Shown: positions 1-10,078, numbered from the stretch's first letter. The stretch is DNA of 64,000 nt from Patescibacteria group bacterium (GCA_018819015.1 JAHJQY010000016.1:18064-82063); one strand, 5' to 3'. Notes: generated by a model not told the origin, from the sequence alone. Numbers and translations are program-made.

Positions 1-45
1 AAACAAAAAAAATCGGAACAACTCCGAAAAGAATGGACTGATTCT

Positions 46-1416
46 CTACTGCCGTAATCTCAATCTATCCGCCAAAAAATTCTCCAAAACATGAAAATTG
101 TGATATTTTTGACCAGTTTTAAAATTGGTTTCAAGTTTTTTACCTAAATTTTCATCCAAAAACCACCGAGTTGCCTTTTCAACCGCTTTCTTTAAATTTT
201 TATCCGGCACTTCATAAAAACCCGTCTCTTCATTTTTTCTCGCCCCTGACCCCAAAGAAATAAATTTATAACCCTCAGGCTCTATATCTTTTTTAAAAAC
301 AGGGTACTCAAAAACAACAATCGGCCTTTTTGCAAATACCGCCTCAATAAACTGATTGCCCCACCCCTCCCAGATACTGGGAAAAGTTACGAGATCGGCA
401 TAAACATAGGCGTCCCACAACGAATATGTTTTAGCGCCGCCATGAAAAGCCCGTTCAGCCTTAACATAGTTAGAAATAAACTTAACGCGAATGCGCTGGT
501 CAAACGCCTTTGTTTTAAGCTTAAATAAGTAATCTTGTTTTTCATCTTCCGCATAACCGGCCGCAACTAAAACAACTTCCGCATTTTTATCCAGCCTTTT
601 GCCATTATACAATTTCCTGCCGCGCAATTTAGCCATATTTTCCTGCATTTTTTTAGTAAAATCCATGGCCATTTCAATGCCTTTTCTCGGTATCACGCGC
701 GTTGCCTGAAGAATAATTAAATCATTGGGGCTTATGTCAAATTGATTTAAAAAATCGCGGCTAAAAGAATCTTTTTTCCATTGTGCTTGATTAAAATCAA
801 ATATGTCGGGAATTATAACGGAATCTATATTATTTCTTTTTTTAAGTTCCTGCTGGGCCAAAGAATTTATGACAACATGTTCAATATAAGAACTCTGGGG
901 CGGCATATATTTCTCCATATAATTTTTTAAATATTCACCGCGAGGCGCACGGAACTCCTTGCGCTCCCAAAAAAAATCATGATGTGTGGCAATAGTCGGC
1001 AATTTATTTTTCTCAATCCACTTTGCAAAAGATTTGGCGGCCGCAATATGGCCGCCAAACGAAAAAATATTATGAATTAAAACAAAATCAAACTTTTCTT
1101 TTTTTTGAATAACCTCCAGTTTTTCTTCAATAATATTAGAAACTTTTTTTATCTTTCTCTTTAACTCTTCTGCCTCCAAATATTTTTTCTCAAAATAACG
1201 AAACCCGTTTTCTTTAATAATCGGAATAATGCCGTCATCCCACTCCAGCTCTTCTATAATATAATCCGCTCCACGGCTGCGCTTGCCGGCAATTAATTTA
1301 ACTTCAATACCATGTTTCTCCAAAATCTGTTTGCGTTTTTCAATCTCAAGAGAAACGCCGTCGGTTCCGCCCACCCGATAATGGCAAATGGCAATTTTTT
1401 TTGGTTTTATCTTAAT
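46..1416 (-). CDS. GT4-family glycosyltransferase (mannosylglucosylglycerate synthase-like); start probably upstream of the GTG at 1374
   Basis: KIAICHYRVGGTDGVSLE N-terminus, HHDFFWER, TRVIPRKGIE and PSIWEGWGNQFIEA motifs; frame is open upstream of 1374 without ATG/GTG/TTG, ATT at 1416 proposed. Confidence 0.8.
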   Translation of the reverse strand: MKIKPKKIAICHYRVGGTDGVSLEIEKRKQILEKHGIEVKLIAGKRSRGADYIIEELEWDDGIIPIIKENGFRYFEKKYLEAEELKRKIKKVSNIIEEKLEVIQKKEKFDFVLIHNIFSFGGHIAAAKSFAKWIEKNKLPTIATHHDFFWERKEFRAPRGEYLKNYMEKYMPPQSSYIEHVVINSLAQQELKKRNNIDSVIIPDIFDFNQAQWKKDSFSRDFLNQFDISPNDLIILQATRVIPRKGIEMAMDFTKKMQENMAKLRGRKLYNGKRLDKNAEVVLVAAGYAEDEKQDYLFKLKTKAFDQRIRVKFISNYVKAERAFHGGAKTYSLWDAYVYADLVTFPSIWEGWGNQFIEAVFAKRPIVVFEYPVFKKDIEPEGYKFISLGSGARKNEETGFYEVPDKNLKKAVEKATRWFLDENLGKKLETNFKTGQKYHNFHVLENFLADRLRLRQ

Positions 1417-1473
1417 CCTTTTTATGATACTGTGATTCTTTGATAATAATTGTTATTTTTATATTATACAAAG

Positions 1474-2541
1474 ATGAGAATATTAGCCATAGAAACTTCC
1501 TGCGACGAAACGGCAATAAGCGTTTTGAGCGCGGATAAAAAGGAATTTAAGATTTTATCCAACGTTATTTCCTCGCAGGTGAAAATACATGCCGAATGGG
1601 GCGGAGTGGTGCCCAGTTTGGCTAAGCGTGAACATCTTAAAAATTTGCCCGTTGTTTTAAAAAAAGCGCTGGCGCGGGCAAAAATTAAAAAACCAGAAAA
1701 AAAAATCAATCTTATCGCCGTTACCCAGGGTCCCGGGCTAGAACCAGCCTTATGGACAGGCATTAATTTTGCTGAAGAATTGGCGAAAAAATGGAGTAAA
1801 CCTTTAATACCCATAAACCACATGGAAGGGCATTTCTTTTCTGTTTTTCTTAAAAACAGAAAAGAGGGCGAACAGGAAATTCCAAAATTAGAATTTCCTG
1901 TTTTAGCCTTGCTAGTCAGCGGCGGACACACGGAATTAATTCTCGTAAAAGATTGGCTGAAATACAAAATTCTCGGACAAACCCGCGACGACGCCGCCGG
2001 TGAGGCCTTTGATAAAGTGGCGAAAATGATGAATTTGGGATACCCCGGAGGGCCTATTATCTCGAGACTCGCCAATGTTCGAAGTTCAACTTCGAACATT
2101 GAATTACCTAGGCCGATGATAAATTCAAAAGATTATGATTTTTCTTTTTCCGGCTTGAAAACCGCAGTTTTATATACTCTTAAAAAATTCCCAGTTGCCA
2201 ACTACAAATTACTAGCGCCCGGCATTTGCCGTGAATTTCAGCAGGCGGTAATTGATGTTTTGATTTCCAAAACAATACGGGCGGCCAAAGAATATAAAGC
2301 CAAAACTATTATAGTCGCAGGAGGTGTTGCCGCCAACAAAGAACTTCGCAAACAATTTGGACGAAAAATTAAAAAAGAACTGCCAATTACTAATTACTTG
2401 TTACCAATTACTAAGTTTTCAGGCGACAATGCGGCCATGATTGCTTTAGCCGCTTATTTTCGTTTCAAGGCAAATAAAAAATCCCATCAGTCACGGCTGA
2501 TGGGATTAAAAGCTCTTGGCAATTTAAAAATTAGTTATTAA
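1474..2541 (+). CDS. tsaD: tRNA N6-threonylcarbamoyladenosine synthase TsaD
   Basis: ILAIETSCDET, NHMEGH, LLVSGGHTEL, DDAAGEAFDKVA, FSFSGLKT, DNAAMIA. Confidence 0.97.
   Translation: MRILAIETSCDETAISVLSADKKEFKILSNVISSQVKIHAEWGGVVPSLAKREHLKNLPVVLKKALARAKIKKPEKKINLIAVTQGPGLEPALWTGINFAEELAKKWSKPLIPINHMEGHFFSVFLKNRKEGEQEIPKLEFPVLALLVSGGHTELILVKDWLKYKILGQTRDDAAGEAFDKVAKMMNLGYPGGPIISRLANVRSSTSNIELPRPMINSKDYDFSFSGLKTAVLYTLKKFPVANYKLLAPGICREFQQAVIDVLISKTIRAAKEYKAKTIIVAGGVAANKELRKQFGRKIKKELPITNYLLPITKFSGDNAAMIALAAYFRFKANKKSHQSRLMGLKALGNLKISY
2073..2101. repeat. intragenic palindrome family A copy in tsaD
   Basis: CAATGTTCGAAGTT-C-AACTTCGAACATTG. Confidence 0.95.
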
Positions 2542-2726
2542 TCACAGCAATCTCCTGGAAACCAACCGGCAGGACAACCCTCACTAGAAAAACCCTGAAG
2601 CTCTTTGTGAACCTCGAATTCTTTTTGGTGAAGATGGGCTTTCGCCCTCAACAAAATTGCGTTTCTGTTTTTTGAAGGGACCTCCTCCAAAACCTCCACA
2701 ATCCTTCTTACTACGTCTTCATGCAT
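2538..2726 (-). CDS. small hypothetical protein with Cys-rich C-terminus
   Basis: 62-aa ORF filling the tsaD-valS gap, preceded by AAGGAG Shine-Dalgarno-like sequence. Confidence 0.55.
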   Translation of the reverse strand: MHEDVVRRIVEVLEEVPSKNRNAILLRAKAHLHQKEFEVHKELQGFSSEGCPAGWFPGDCCD

Positions 2727-2792
2727 TGCCTAATCTCCTTTTTATGCGATAATTTATGTATCCACAGAGAAGTTAAGCATATAAAAGTTTTT

Positions 2793-4808
2793 ATGTCAAG
2801 TTTCAACCAGCCATACGACCCAAAAGAGACTGAAGAAAAAATTTACAAGATTTGGGAAAAATCGGGCTTTTTTAACCCCGACAATCTCAATGTTCGAAGT
2901 TCAACTTCGAACATTGGTAAAAATTTTTCTATTGTTCTGCCGCCGCCAAATATCACCGGCTCGCTCCATATGGGCCATGCCCTCAACGCTACGATTCAAG
3001 ATATTTTAATACGCAAAAAAAGAATGGAAGGATTCAAAACCCTTTGGCTTCCGGGCACTGACCACGCCGGCATTGCCACGCAAAATGTCGTGGAAAAAAA
3101 TTTACTGAAAACAGAAAACAAAAGACGGCACGACTTAAGCCGAGAAAAATTCCTGGAAAAAATCTGGGAATGGAAAGAAAAATATGGCAATGAAATTTTA
3201 AACCAACTAAAAAAACTGGGGGCTTCCTGCGACTGGTCGCGAACCCGTTTCACCATGGATGAAGATTATCAAGAAAAAGTCCGTCAGGCCTTTCTGCATT
3301 ATTACAAAAAGGGCTGGATTTACCGCGCGGAAAAAGTAGTCAACTGGTGTGTCAAATGCCAAACTAGTTTATCTGACCTGGAACTGGAATACGAAGAAGA
3401 AAAAGGGAAACTATATTATATAAAATACCTGCCTGCCGGCAAGGCAGGTGGCCCAATAACCGTCGCAACAACAAGACCAGAAACAATGCTTGGAGACACA
3501 GCTGTTGCCGTCAACCCAAAAGACAAAAGGTATAAAAATTTAATAGACAAAAAAGTACTTTTACCAATTGTTGAAGAAGAAATTCCTGTTATCGCCGACG
3601 CAGCCGTAGAAAAAGAATTTGGCACCGGCGCAGTAAAGGTAACCCCGGCTCACAGCATAGTTGATTCTGAAATGGGAGAAAGACATGAATTGCCATCCAA
3701 AAAAATAATTAACGAATTTGGTAAAATGACTTTTGGAAAATACGCCGGGCTTTCCATCAAAGACGCGCGTGAACAAATTATTAAAGATTTGGGAAATAAA
3801 ATAGAGAAAATAGAAGACTATTCTCACAACCTCGCCACCTGTTATAGGTGCGGGAGTGTTATTGAAAATCTGCCCAGCCTGCAATGGTTTTTGAAAATGG
3901 ATCAACTGGCCAAAACAGCAATCAAAGCCGTCAAATCGGGCAAAGTGGTTTTTCATCCCAAGCGCTGGGAAAAAATTTATCTGGACTGGCTTTCCAACAT
4001 AAAAGACTGGTGCATTTCACGCCAAATCTGGTGGGGACACAAAATTCCCATTGAAAATTCAGAGGATGTTTTGGATACTTGGTTTTCGTCGGCTCTTTGG
4101 CCTTTTGCCACGATGAACAAAAAAGATATCAAAGAATTTTACCCGACCAATGTTTTGTCCACGGCTCGCGACATCATAAATCTCTGGGTGGCGCGCATGG
4201 TTTTTTCAGGAATTGAATTTGAAAAAAAAGCACCTTTCAAAAACGTATTAATTCATCCGACTATTTTAAACAAAGAAGGAAGAAAAATGTCCAAGTCGCT
4301 TGGAACAGGAGTGGATCCGATGAATTATATTGAAAAATACGGCGCGGATGCTACACGCTTCGGTCTAATCTGGCAGATGATGGGCAACCAGGATATACAC
4401 TGGGCCGAAGAACATGTTTTGGCCGGCAAGAAATTCTGCAATAAAATTTGGAATGCCAGTCGGTTTGTGCTAGCACAAAACGAAAATTACAAATTACAAA
4501 TTACAAATTCTAATGAACCAATATTAAAACAGTTAAATAAAATAATTAAATCAACCGACAAAAACATCGAACAATATCAATTTGGGCCGGCGCTTCATGA
4601 TTTATACAATTTTTTCTGGCGCGAATTTTGCGACAAATATATTGAGGAGTATAAAAAAAGCCAAGACAAAAACCCGGAAACGCTTTTATTGGTTTTAACG
4701 ACCTGCCTAGAACTTCTTCATCCTTTTATGCCGTTCATTACCGAAGAAATCTGGTCTAAATTACCCAACAGAAAAAATTTATTAATAATAGAAAAGTATC
4801 CAAAATAA
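2793..4808 (+). CDS. valS: valine--tRNA ligase (compact form)
   Basis: PPPNITGSLHMGHA (HIGH), GTDHAGIATQ, DWCISRQIWWGH, KMSKS; start placed at ATG 2793. Confidence 0.97.
   Translation: MSSFNQPYDPKETEEKIYKIWEKSGFFNPDNLNVRSSTSNIGKNFSIVLPPPNITGSLHMGHALNATIQDILIRKKRMEGFKTLWLPGTDHAGIATQNVVEKNLLKTENKRRHDLSREKFLEKIWEWKEKYGNEILNQLKKLGASCDWSRTRFTMDEDYQEKVRQAFLHYYKKGWIYRAEKVVNWCVKCQTSLSDLELEYEEEKGKLYYIKYLPAGKAGGPITVATTRPETMLGDTAVAVNPKDKRYKNLIDKKVLLPIVEEEIPVIADAAVEKEFGTGAVKVTPAHSIVDSEMGERHELPSKKIINEFGKMTFGKYAGLSIKDAREQIIKDLGNKIEKIEDYSHNLATCYRCGSVIENLPSLQWFLKMDQLAKTAIKAVKSGKVVFHPKRWEKIYLDWLSNIKDWCISRQIWWGHKIPIENSEDVLDTWFSSALWPFATMNKKDIKEFYPTNVLSTARDIINLWVARMVFSGIEFEKKAPFKNVLIHPTILNKEGRKMSKSLGTGVDPMNYIEKYGADATRFGLIWQMMGNQDIHWAEEHVLAGKKFCNKIWNASRFVLAQNENYKLQITNSNEPILKQLNKIIKSTDKNIEQYQFGPALHDLYNFFWREFCDKYIEEYKKSQDKNPETLLLVLTTCLELLHPFMPFITEEIWSKLPNRKNLLIIEKYPK
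2888..2916. repeat. intragenic palindrome family A copy in valS
   Basis: identical 29-mer to the tsaD copy. Confidence 0.95.
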
Positions 4809-4813
4809 ATTAA

Positions 4814-5518
4814 ATGACCTCGACTAATTTATTTTTCGCTTTGTCGGGCGGCATTCTGCCGGCATTATTATGGTTGTGGTTCTGGCTGAAAGAGGATCGC
4901 CTTCGTCCCGAGCCGCGGCGGCTGATAATCCTCACCTTCTTGGCCGGCATGGCCGTCGTTGCTTTCGCATTGCTGTCTGAACAAGCGGTATTTTTTGTTT
5001 TCAAAAAAGCAAATTTGACAACGGCGCTTGATGGATTCTTGCTGCTCTTTGTTTGGGCGGCGATTGAAGAAACGGCAAAATATCTGGCGGCGCAAAAAAC
5101 GGCCCTCAACAAAAAAGAATTTGACGAACCGGTTGACGCGCTGATATACCTTATAACCGCGGCTCTGGGTTTTGCCGCCCTGGAAAATGTGATTTTTTTG
5201 ATCAGCGTAATCAACGATTACGGGCTTATGGCGGGGCTTATAACCGGCAATCTGCGGTTTGCCGGAGCCACTTTGCTGCATATTCTCAGTTCATCGGCCA
5301 TTGGCGGCGCCATTGCCTTTTCTTTTTTCCGCCCAAAAAAATATTTGCGGAATATTTTTTTGGGCATAATCACGGCGATTTTGTTGCATACTGTCTTTAA
5401 TTATTTTATAATTAAAAGTAGCGGGGAAAATATTTTTCAGGTATTTTTACCGCTTTGGATATTAATAATTATACTGCTTCTGGTTTTTGAACGAATCAAA
5501 AAAATAAAAAATAAATAA
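4814..5518 (+). CDS. PrsW-family glutamic intramembrane protease
   Basis: multi-TM; AAIEETAK, GFAALEN, LLH and LLHTVFN motifs. Confidence 0.9.
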   Translation: MTSTNLFFALSGGILPALLWLWFWLKEDRLRPEPRRLIILTFLAGMAVVAFALLSEQAVFFVFKKANLTTALDGFLLLFVWAAIEETAKYLAAQKTALNKKEFDEPVDALIYLITAALGFAALENVIFLISVINDYGLMAGLITGNLRFAGATLLHILSSSAIGGAIAFSFFRPKKYLRNIFLGIITAILLHTVFNYFIIKSSGENIFQVFLPLWILIIILLLVFERIKKIKNK

Positions 5519-5543
5519 AATATTAAAATTTAACAAAAAAAAT

Positions 5544-6041
5544 ATGCCCAAAAATTCAAGTTCATTTTTTGAAAGATTAACCGGGAATCTCTCAATTCAC
5601 GATAATGTGGAAGAAGAAATGGAAAAACTAATTAGCCGCCACGAAGACAAGCCAGCGGCCAAAAAAGATAAACAGGCCGACAAACAAACCAACAGCTGGA
5701 TGGATGAAGGGGAAGGACAGTTAACGGTTGATATGTACCACAAGCCTTCTGAAATTATAGTTCAAGCGATGCTGGCGGGGGTTAAACCGGAAGATTTGGA
5801 TGTTTCAATAACTCAAGATATGATAACCATAAAAGGCCAGCGTCAAAAAATAAAAGAGGTTTCCGAAGAGAACTATTACTACAAAGAACTTTATTGGGGC
5901 GGCTTTTCGCGGTCAATTCTTTTGCCGCAGGAAATTGATGTGGAAAATTCCGAAGCGACACTAAAAAACGGTTTGCTGACAATCAAACTGCCAAAAACCA
6001 ACAAAGAAAAATCTCAAAAAATAAAAATCAAAAGCGAGTAG
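5544..6041 (+). CDS. Hsp20/alpha-crystallin small heat shock protein
   Basis: GQLTVDMY, ELYWGGFSRSILLP, ATLKNGLLTIKLPK. Confidence 0.93.
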   Translation: MPKNSSSFFERLTGNLSIHDNVEEEMEKLISRHEDKPAAKKDKQADKQTNSWMDEGEGQLTVDMYHKPSEIIVQAMLAGVKPEDLDVSITQDMITIKGQRQKIKEVSEENYYYKELYWGGFSRSILLPQEIDVENSEATLKNGLLTIKLPKTNKEKSQKIKIKSE

Positions 6042-6051
6042 CAAAATTTTA

Positions 6052-6123
6052 TGCCGAAGGCGAGAATCGAACTCGCGACCCCTTCTTTTTCAGAGAAGTG
6101 CTCTACCACTGAGCTACTTCGGC
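6052..6123 (-). tRNA. tRNA-Phe (GAA)
   Basis: GCCGAAG acceptor stem, TAGCTCAGTGGTAGAGC D-arm, CTTCT-CTGAAAA-AGAAG anticodon arm, GTTCGATTC T-loop; CCA not encoded. Confidence 0.95.
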
Positions 6124-6127
6124 TTCA

Positions 6128-6436
6128 TTAATTCCCAAAAACGTTTTGTATTTTCCCCAAAATATCCGGCGGGAGATTTTTCACTGCCTGGCCGGCCTGA
6201 CCCAAACTAGAAGCATCTTCTCTAATCTGACCCATAGATTGATAAAAAGTTTCAATAAACGGCTGGATGTAATAATAAGAGCCCAAAGACAAACCTATTA
6301 TTAAAGCCCATTTCAAAAATGTTAAAAATTTGCTAAACCTCTGCGTTCGCTGTATTTTCTTTAAAATATTAAACGATTCCTCGGAAAACGCAAGGTTTTT
6401 CTTTAATAATCTTTTTATTTCTTCTGTGTCATCCAT
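6128..6436 (-). CDS. single-TM hypothetical protein
   Basis: 102-aa ORF, one hydrophobic segment, TATAAT 6 nt upstream of ATG. Confidence 0.75.
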   Translation of the reverse strand: MDDTEEIKRLLKKNLAFSEESFNILKKIQRTQRFSKFLTFLKWALIIGLSLGSYYYIQPFIETFYQSMGQIREDASSLGQAGQAVKNLPPDILGKIQNVFGN

Positions 6437-6472
6437 TATTTTATTATAACAAATTTAATAAAAGTTTGTGAT

Positions 6473-6549
6473 TGGTGGACGATGAGGGGCTCGAACCCCC
6501 GACCTCCTCGGTGTAAACGAGGCGCTCTAGCCAACTGAGCTAATCGTCC
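6473..6549 (-). tRNA. tRNA-Val (TAC)
   Basis: GGACGAT acceptor, CCTCG-TTTACAC-CGAGG anticodon arm, GGTTCGAGCCC, encoded CCA. Confidence 0.95.
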
Positions 6550-6555
6550 AAAATA

Positions 6556-6627
6556 TCTCCCCGGAGGGAATCGAACCCCCATTTAGGGCTTAGAAGGCCC
6601 CCGTTCTGTCCGTTGAACTACGGGGAG
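6556..6627 (-). tRNA. tRNA-Arg (TCT)
   Basis: CTCCCCG acceptor, GGGC-CTTCTAA-GCCC anticodon arm, GGTTCGATTCC. Confidence 0.92.
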
Positions 6628-6902
6628 GGATCGCTAATTTTAACTCCCTCTTTTAATATCCTGTCAAACGCCTGTTTCTTTTCGTCAATCCTGGAACTTG
6701 CCGCCCTAAACAAATCTTCATTTATAGCCGCTCGCTCCGTATCCTCAACGATCGCCGCTGAATCTAAATCTTTTTTCAGCGCCAAAAAGAACCAGACGTT
6801 TGAAACCAATATTACAATAAACAACAGCAAAAAAGCAACCAGGCCGACGCCCCACCAAAAATAAGGATCAAATTTTATTTTTTCAAATTTAATCATTTTC
6901 AA
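6618..6902 (-). CDS. small membrane protein, last gene of pilMNO-like operon
   Basis: N-terminal TM helix, overlaps upstream gene, C-terminal DPSP. Confidence 0.7.
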   Translation of the reverse strand: MKMIKFEKIKFDPYFWWGVGLVAFLLLFIVILVSNVWFFLALKKDLDSAAIVEDTERAAINEDLFRAASSRIDEKKQAFDRILKEGVKISDPSP

Positions 6903-7413
6903 AACTTAAAAGCCTTAATTCCAAATCGGCCTCCCAATATTTTTCCAATTTCGGATTCTGTATATAAACTCTCTGGAAACTTAATTGATATTTGTCATTT
7001 TCCAAAAGCGAAACGAAGAAATAAATATTGGAAAAAGCGCCTTTCAAAGAAATATCGAAAACTGGTTTTTCTTCAACGCCCCCGGCGATATCGGCCCGGC
7101 GCGTTTTCAATTCAACCCCCGCCTTCTTTGCCAAATACTCAATTCTTTCAATAAAATCAACAATTGATGATTCGTTCAAAAAAGCCAATTTAATATCATT
7201 TTGTTTATCCGCCCTTAATGCCAGTTCTTTTTTAATATCTTTAATATTTTTAATCCTTTGTTCGTAAAAATAAATGCTGTTTTTTGTCTCCAAAAAAGAG
7301 TTCTTCTTAAAATTTATTTGCCTTGCCAGCAAATAGGCCAAAAAACAAAAAGCCAAATTCAAAACAACGGCCAGTATTACAGATATTAAAAATTTTTTAT
7401 TATTAATCGTCAT
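6889..7413 (-). CDS. PilO-like type IV pilus alignment protein
   Basis: TM + coiled coil + ferredoxin-like fold pattern (LKGAFSNIYFFVSLLEN); position after pilM/pilN. Confidence 0.7.
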   Translation of the reverse strand: MTINNKKFLISVILAVVLNLAFCFLAYLLARQINFKKNSFLETKNSIYFYEQRIKNIKDIKKELALRADKQNDIKLAFLNESSIVDFIERIEYLAKKAGVELKTRRADIAGGVEEKPVFDISLKGAFSNIYFFVSLLENDKYQLSFQRVYIQNPKLEKYWEADLELRLLSFEND

Positions 7414-7955
7414 AATTCCAGCATTAAAGAAAAATTCACGTCTTTTTCCGTCAAAAGGCTTGATATGGGCAATTTTATATCTTTAAAATATTTTTCTGAT
7501 TTTAAATCTTCAACAAAATCCATCAATCCTTTCCTTGTGTCGGCGCGACCCTCAAGAGAGAGTTTTAGCGAAGTTTTTTTGCCCTCCAGGGCATCAAAAA
7601 GAAAAGAATTTATTTTAACTTGGCCAGGAGGCAAAACTTTCAAAACTTCCAAAATGCCGCCCGAAACCAAATAAATTTTCTTTTCATTTTCTTGAAACAC
7701 GGCCATTAAGTCATTCAAATTCTGAATTTCTGTTTCTGTTTTTGCCAAACTTTTTGTTTCGGCAAATTTTTTGACAAACAATAACTGTTCATTAATATTT
7801 CCTGAGTAATAATCCGCAAGAGAAGATAAGGCGAGCAACAAAACAATCTCCACCAGCGCCAAAAAGAAAAAACCCAGGCCCAAAACAACTATTAAGCGCC
7901 TTAAAAATTCACGATTGCGCTCTTTTTTATTTTTTAATGGCAGTAAATTTATCAT
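7410..7955 (-). CDS. pilN: PilN-like protein
   Basis: MINLLP N-terminal PilM-binding motif, TM, LEGRADTRKGL. Confidence 0.85.
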   Translation of the reverse strand: MINLLPLKNKKERNREFLRRLIVVLGLGFFFLALVEIVLLLALSSLADYYSGNINEQLLFVKKFAETKSLAKTETEIQNLNDLMAVFQENEKKIYLVSGGILEVLKVLPPGQVKINSFLFDALEGKKTSLKLSLEGRADTRKGLMDFVEDLKSEKYFKDIKLPISSLLTEKDVNFSLMLEL

Positions 7956-9040
7956 ACTTCTCTCAAAAAATTTCTTAAAGCCAGGCCTATGGCTGTGGCA
8001 TACATAAAAGATTCCCGATGCTCCATCTCCGGCACATAATTTTCAAAAGAAAAGATATTTACCCAAGGATTGGCCGCCTCTACCGGCCTGCTTGATCCAT
8101 AGGACAAATAATCTGTAAGTCCCGGCATATTGGCATCGCCGCCGCAAAGAATAATTTTTTTTATTTCTTTATTTTTAAACCCTTGTTCTTCCGCGTATGT
8201 CTGCCAATAATTTGAAACTTCGGCAATCTCATCTTTTATTACCGAAACCACGGGCAAGATAACCTCAAAGTCGCCCCCTTCTTCTGTCTTCCGAAGGATT
8301 TTCTTTTTTTTTAATTCTTCAGCTTCAAAAATACTCAAATTCAATTTTTTTGCCAAAGCATTGTCAATATTCTCTCCGGCGACACTTACGGTGGAACCAA
8401 ATTTAACAACACTTTCCTCTCCAACCAAAAAACTGGTTCGCGTTTTTCCAAAATCTATTACCATAACCGCATCTTTGCAATCCGGCTCAACCACAGCCCT
8501 AAAAAGAGACTGCGTTTCCAGCTCAAAAACAACCGGAATAAAACCAGCTTTTTCAAAAATTTCAACGTAATCCTCAATAATTTCTCTGGGAAAAGCGCTA
8601 AGAGCAATTTCAAGACTGTCTTTTTTTGACGGATTTTTAACAATTTCAAAATCATAAACAATATCTGCCGGAGAAAAAGGAACAATTTCTTCCAATTGAA
8701 GTTCTAGACTTTTTCTAATCTGCGACCGCGACATCAAAGGAAGACGAACGATCTTCAAAAATGCTTTTTCTTCAGGCAAAGAAGCTATAACAAATTTATT
8801 GTTCGTCTCTTTTTCTATCAAACGAAGAGTCTCTATTAAAATTTCTTTTTGTTTCACTTCTCCTTTTTCCACCGCCCTCTTCTCAACTTTCTTGTCGCCG
8901 AATTTTTTTAATCTCAAAAAGCCGCCAACTTTTTCCATTTCTACATATTTTATGCTTCTATCGGAAATATCAATGCCAACAGCCGGCATTTTCAAATAGC
9001 GCGGCACCGGGAAAAATCTAAATAAAAAATTTCCACCCAT
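7952..9040 (-). CDS. pilM: type IV pilus assembly protein PilM
   Basis: VGIDISDRSIK, IDFGKTRT, ILCGGDA, ATAIGLALR actin-like motifs. Confidence 0.93.
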   Translation of the reverse strand: MGGNFLFRFFPVPRYLKMPAVGIDISDRSIKYVEMEKVGGFLRLKKFGDKKVEKRAVEKGEVKQKEILIETLRLIEKETNNKFVIASLPEEKAFLKIVRLPLMSRSQIRKSLELQLEEIVPFSPADIVYDFEIVKNPSKKDSLEIALSAFPREIIEDYVEIFEKAGFIPVVFELETQSLFRAVVEPDCKDAVMVIDFGKTRTSFLVGEESVVKFGSTVSVAGENIDNALAKKLNLSIFEAEELKKKKILRKTEEGGDFEVILPVVSVIKDEIAEVSNYWQTYAEEQGFKNKEIKKIILCGGDANMPGLTDYLSYGSSRPVEAANPWVNIFSFENYVPEMEHRESFMYATAIGLALRNFLREV

Positions 9041-9103
9041 ACTTTTATTATAAACAATAACGGGCTTGAATAAAAGAAATTTTATCTTTATAGTAAAAAC
9101 ATT

Positions 9104-9505
9104 ATGTTAAGTTTATTTCCGGAACTTTTTGCCTATCAAAATTTGGCGCCGTTTATTATACGGCTGATTTTGGCCTTGATTTTCTTGGGAAACGGCTATT
9201 CCAAATTATTCAAAACATTTAATAAAACGATGGAGTTTTTCAATTCTGTAAAAATCAAGCCGGCGAAATTTTGGACGATTTTTGTCGGAATAACAGAGCT
9301 TCTTTCCGGGATCTTGTTGGCCATGGGTTTCTTAACTCAAGCGGCAGCCGTAGCGATAATTCTAATAATACTCGCGGCTATTATCAAAGTAAAAATAAAA
9401 CAAGGATTTTTGGGCGGTTACGATTTTGATTTATTGATTCTGGCCTGCGCGCTGGCTCTTCTTGTTTTAGGCCCCGGCGCTTTTTCAATAGATCTTCCTT
9501 TATAA
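9104..9505 (+). CDS. DoxX-family membrane protein
   Basis: RLILALIFLGNGYSKL, ELLSGILL, LGPGAFSID. Confidence 0.88.
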   Translation: MLSLFPELFAYQNLAPFIIRLILALIFLGNGYSKLFKTFNKTMEFFNSVKIKPAKFWTIFVGITELLSGILLAMGFLTQAAAVAIILIILAAIIKVKIKQGFLGGYDFDLLILACALALLVLGPGAFSIDLPL

Positions 9506-9510
9506 ACCGT

Positions 9511-10005
9511 ATGAGTGTTAATGCCACCTTCTACAACAGCACAATAAAAAGAAGAATAAACTTTGACCAGCTTATCAAAGAAATTATCCGCTATGTTAAT
9601 GAAAAACCAAATGCCGATTATAGAATTACAATAGGAACAGATTCTCCCGGAGTCATCAATCCTTTTTTTGTGACGGCCGTTACGGTTCTGAGGGTGGGCA
9701 ACGGCGGACGTTATTTTTGGACCAAATCGGAAAGAATTTTTTGCCACGGTCTCCAAGAAAGAATTTACAAAGAAGCCATGCGCTCAATCACATTGACGCA
9801 GGAACTAAAAAGCAAGCTGAAAGACGAATTGGGCGAAGAATCTTTTTGGGATAATAAAATCACGGTGCATATTGATATTGGCCGAAATGGCTCCACCAAA
9901 GATCTGGTAGATGGCGTGGTGGGCATGGTCAGGGGCTTCGGCTTGGAAGCAGTCATCAAGCCGGACGCTTTCTGCGCCTGTTCGGTCGCAGATAAACATA
10001 CATAA
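9511..10005 (+). CDS. RNase H-like YkuK/DUF458 family protein
   Basis: IGTDS, GNGGRYF, VHIDIG, IKPDAFCACSVADKHT. Confidence 0.88.
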   Translation: MSVNATFYNSTIKRRINFDQLIKEIIRYVNEKPNADYRITIGTDSPGVINPFFVTAVTVLRVGNGGRYFWTKSERIFCHGLQERIYKEAMRSITLTQELKSKLKDELGEESFWDNKITVHIDIGRNGSTKDLVDGVVGMVRGFGLEAVIKPDAFCACSVADKHT

Positions 10006-10078
10006 GCCCCGTTAGCTCAGTTGGTAGAGCAGCTCCCTCTTAAGGAGACGGTCGGGGGTTCGAATCCCTCACGGGGTA
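10006..10078 (+). tRNA. tRNA-Lys (CTT)
   Basis: GCCCCGT acceptor, TAGCTCAGTTGGTAGAGC, CTCC-CTCTTAA-GGAG anticodon arm, GGTTCGAATCC. Confidence 0.95.

Noticed and set aside
2793-4808. valS, yebC and polA as pseudogenes because they are short
   Set aside because: Frames are intact with catalytic motifs present; compact forms are expected in reduced genomes.
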